A DNA stretch of 51,366 nt, counting the filler, from Catajapyx aquilonaris (lineage: Eukaryota): the NCBI GenBank assembly GCA_000934665.2. It is 2 parts of 2 records of this genome, joined end to end, with 100 filler letters (N's around TTAATTAATTAA, not from the genome) between each part and the next. Parts side by side here need not be neighbours in the genome. Positions count along the whole stretch, not along the records: positions 25,831 to 51,366 come from JYFJ02005348.1; 1 more part is not named here. The stretch is one strand, 5' to 3'. The translations under genes and the position numbers were made by a program. Within the stretch, counting starts at the first letter, position 1; each line of letters starts with the position of its first letter. The notes below the pieces were generated by a model. It ran no database searches. It was not told the origin of the DNA and saw nothing but the letters and a program-made list of their open reading frames with translations. Shown in pieces: positions 49,773 through 51,366 of this stretch.

Positions 49773-51366
49773 ATCCTTCTTGAATCAGTGATACGGATCT
49801 TAAATTGTTAGATTATTCCTCGCAAGTGTTACCTCCTTTTCTTAGCATTTGGTTGGTTTTGACTCCGTGTGACTCGTTGGAATAAGTGGCACCTTAATTT
49901 CTTTGTGTGCGTTCCGTTATGGTCCTCTTGAACCACACCGCGTTTCGTTGGGAAATGACGTCCAGCCTTGCACACATTCAAGCCCAGCCTGTTGGCAACT
50001 GTATTATTGTACTAATCCCACGATTATTTCAATGGTGACATTCCGGAGACAGTTGTTTTAATGTTTGAGCCTCGATGAGGAATGTTGACTGATTACTGGT
50101 TACGAAGGAGCGTATGAATGAGTGACAATTATAATCAAAATATCAGTGTCGTAATAATTGTGGTATTGAATATTATGGAAGTAGAAAAATGGAGGGATTA
50201 ATGGGAAAGTTTTTTAAATGGTTGGTTATTGTTTGGAGTGCATGGCTCTTGGCCTCTTGGATTAGAGTAATGCGATGGTGATGTACTCTGTTCTTGTCGA
50301 ACTGGATGTTCTCATTGAGAACATGGTCGAGGTGTAATATGAATTTTTCTCTGATTTCTTCCTTCTGCATCCCCCAGACTTGTAACTTTGGCTGCTGAAG
50401 AATAGTGGTAAAAATAGGAAAACCGGTAACTTGCAATTTTTCTTGTTTCACTTGGTATACAGAACGATGGCATCAAGTCCGGGTGATGTCGCTGAATAGC
50501 ATGTAAAAAAAATGTTTGCAGGAGCTATTCACAAGTTGCCAGCTGCAAGGCTAGCTATCTTCTGATCTTTATATTTCTTGGGCCGATGGGCAGAGATTCA
50601 TATCCAGACTTTCATGACCAGAGCAATTAACAAATACTTAAATCATTGGCTGGGAATGTCATTCAACAATGCCAACATGTCATGGTCCACTGTGGTTTAA
50701 CCAGACATTTGATGGTCGCAAAACGTGAGGTATTTATGGTTTGGTGGGTAGCTCCTCTCATGATTGTGCAGGTCAAACAACAGTAGCAATCCTTTGCTTC
50801 CCATAGAATCATGACATCATCCACCCTGTAACCACAACTTTTTCCCTTATTCGTGTGAAGTTACCCGCAAGCTGTGTAAAGTATCCCCTGCTGATGGTAC
50901 TTTATCTCAACTATAATTGCCGATTTCCAGTTATTAACAGACAACTTACAACGAATGGTACAGGAGCCACCACTCGAGGTCGGCGAGCCCGTGGCCCTGG
51001 TGGTGGCCCCGGTGGCGGTGATGATGAACTGTCCTAAAAAGACATTTGTAATGTTATTAGGATAAAACAAAGGCATCGAAGATTGTGTCACCTTAATTTT
51101 GTCAGTTTCTGCAAATACACGGCACAATCAGTGGGAAAAATCGCTAATTTTAATATAAAACCTCAGAAGATGAGCTAGACAAGCATGCAGTCATTGTGTA
51201 TCCATACAGTCCTGTCATCTCTGGATCCCCAAGTACCATAATAATAAAAATATTACACTCAGCAGCAACTACTTGCCCAAACCCAAAATAATTCGCTCAC
51301 CCTGATATTTCCCAGTTGAGAATATGGAAATGACAATATATAAATTAATTGCACATAAATAGGGTG

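Overview
Eukaryotic, probably arthropod (TTAGG repeats, tRNA-derived SINEs), repeat-saturated DNA with no recognisable intact host gene. An artificial 100-nt N/TTAATTAATTAA linker sits at 25731-25830. The best-preserved object is a complete 4158-bp Transib (RAG1-like) DNA transposon at 2881-7038. It has 26-bp TIRs beginning with the exact RSS heptamer CACAGTG, a CGCCG target-site duplication, a spliced ~673-codon transposase broken by one stop codon, and a 126-bp-arm internal hairpin. It interrupts an unknown ~220-aa ORF. The window also holds a piggyBac-like pseudogene, several LINE fragments, three tRNA-SINEs, EnSpm-like and piggyBac-like MITEs, and a protease-only non-autonomous Gypsy-type LTR element with a tRNA-Leu PBS. 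There is a Ginger-type long-TIR element with unknown cargo, relics of Harbinger, Mutator-like, Helitron, Tc1-like and Ginger2-like transposases, and many shuffled local duplications. About 19 of 21 orientable TE pieces lie on the minus strand, which suggests a flamenco-like uni-strand piRNA cluster or TE trap. All family calls come from motif recognition by eye; no searches were run.
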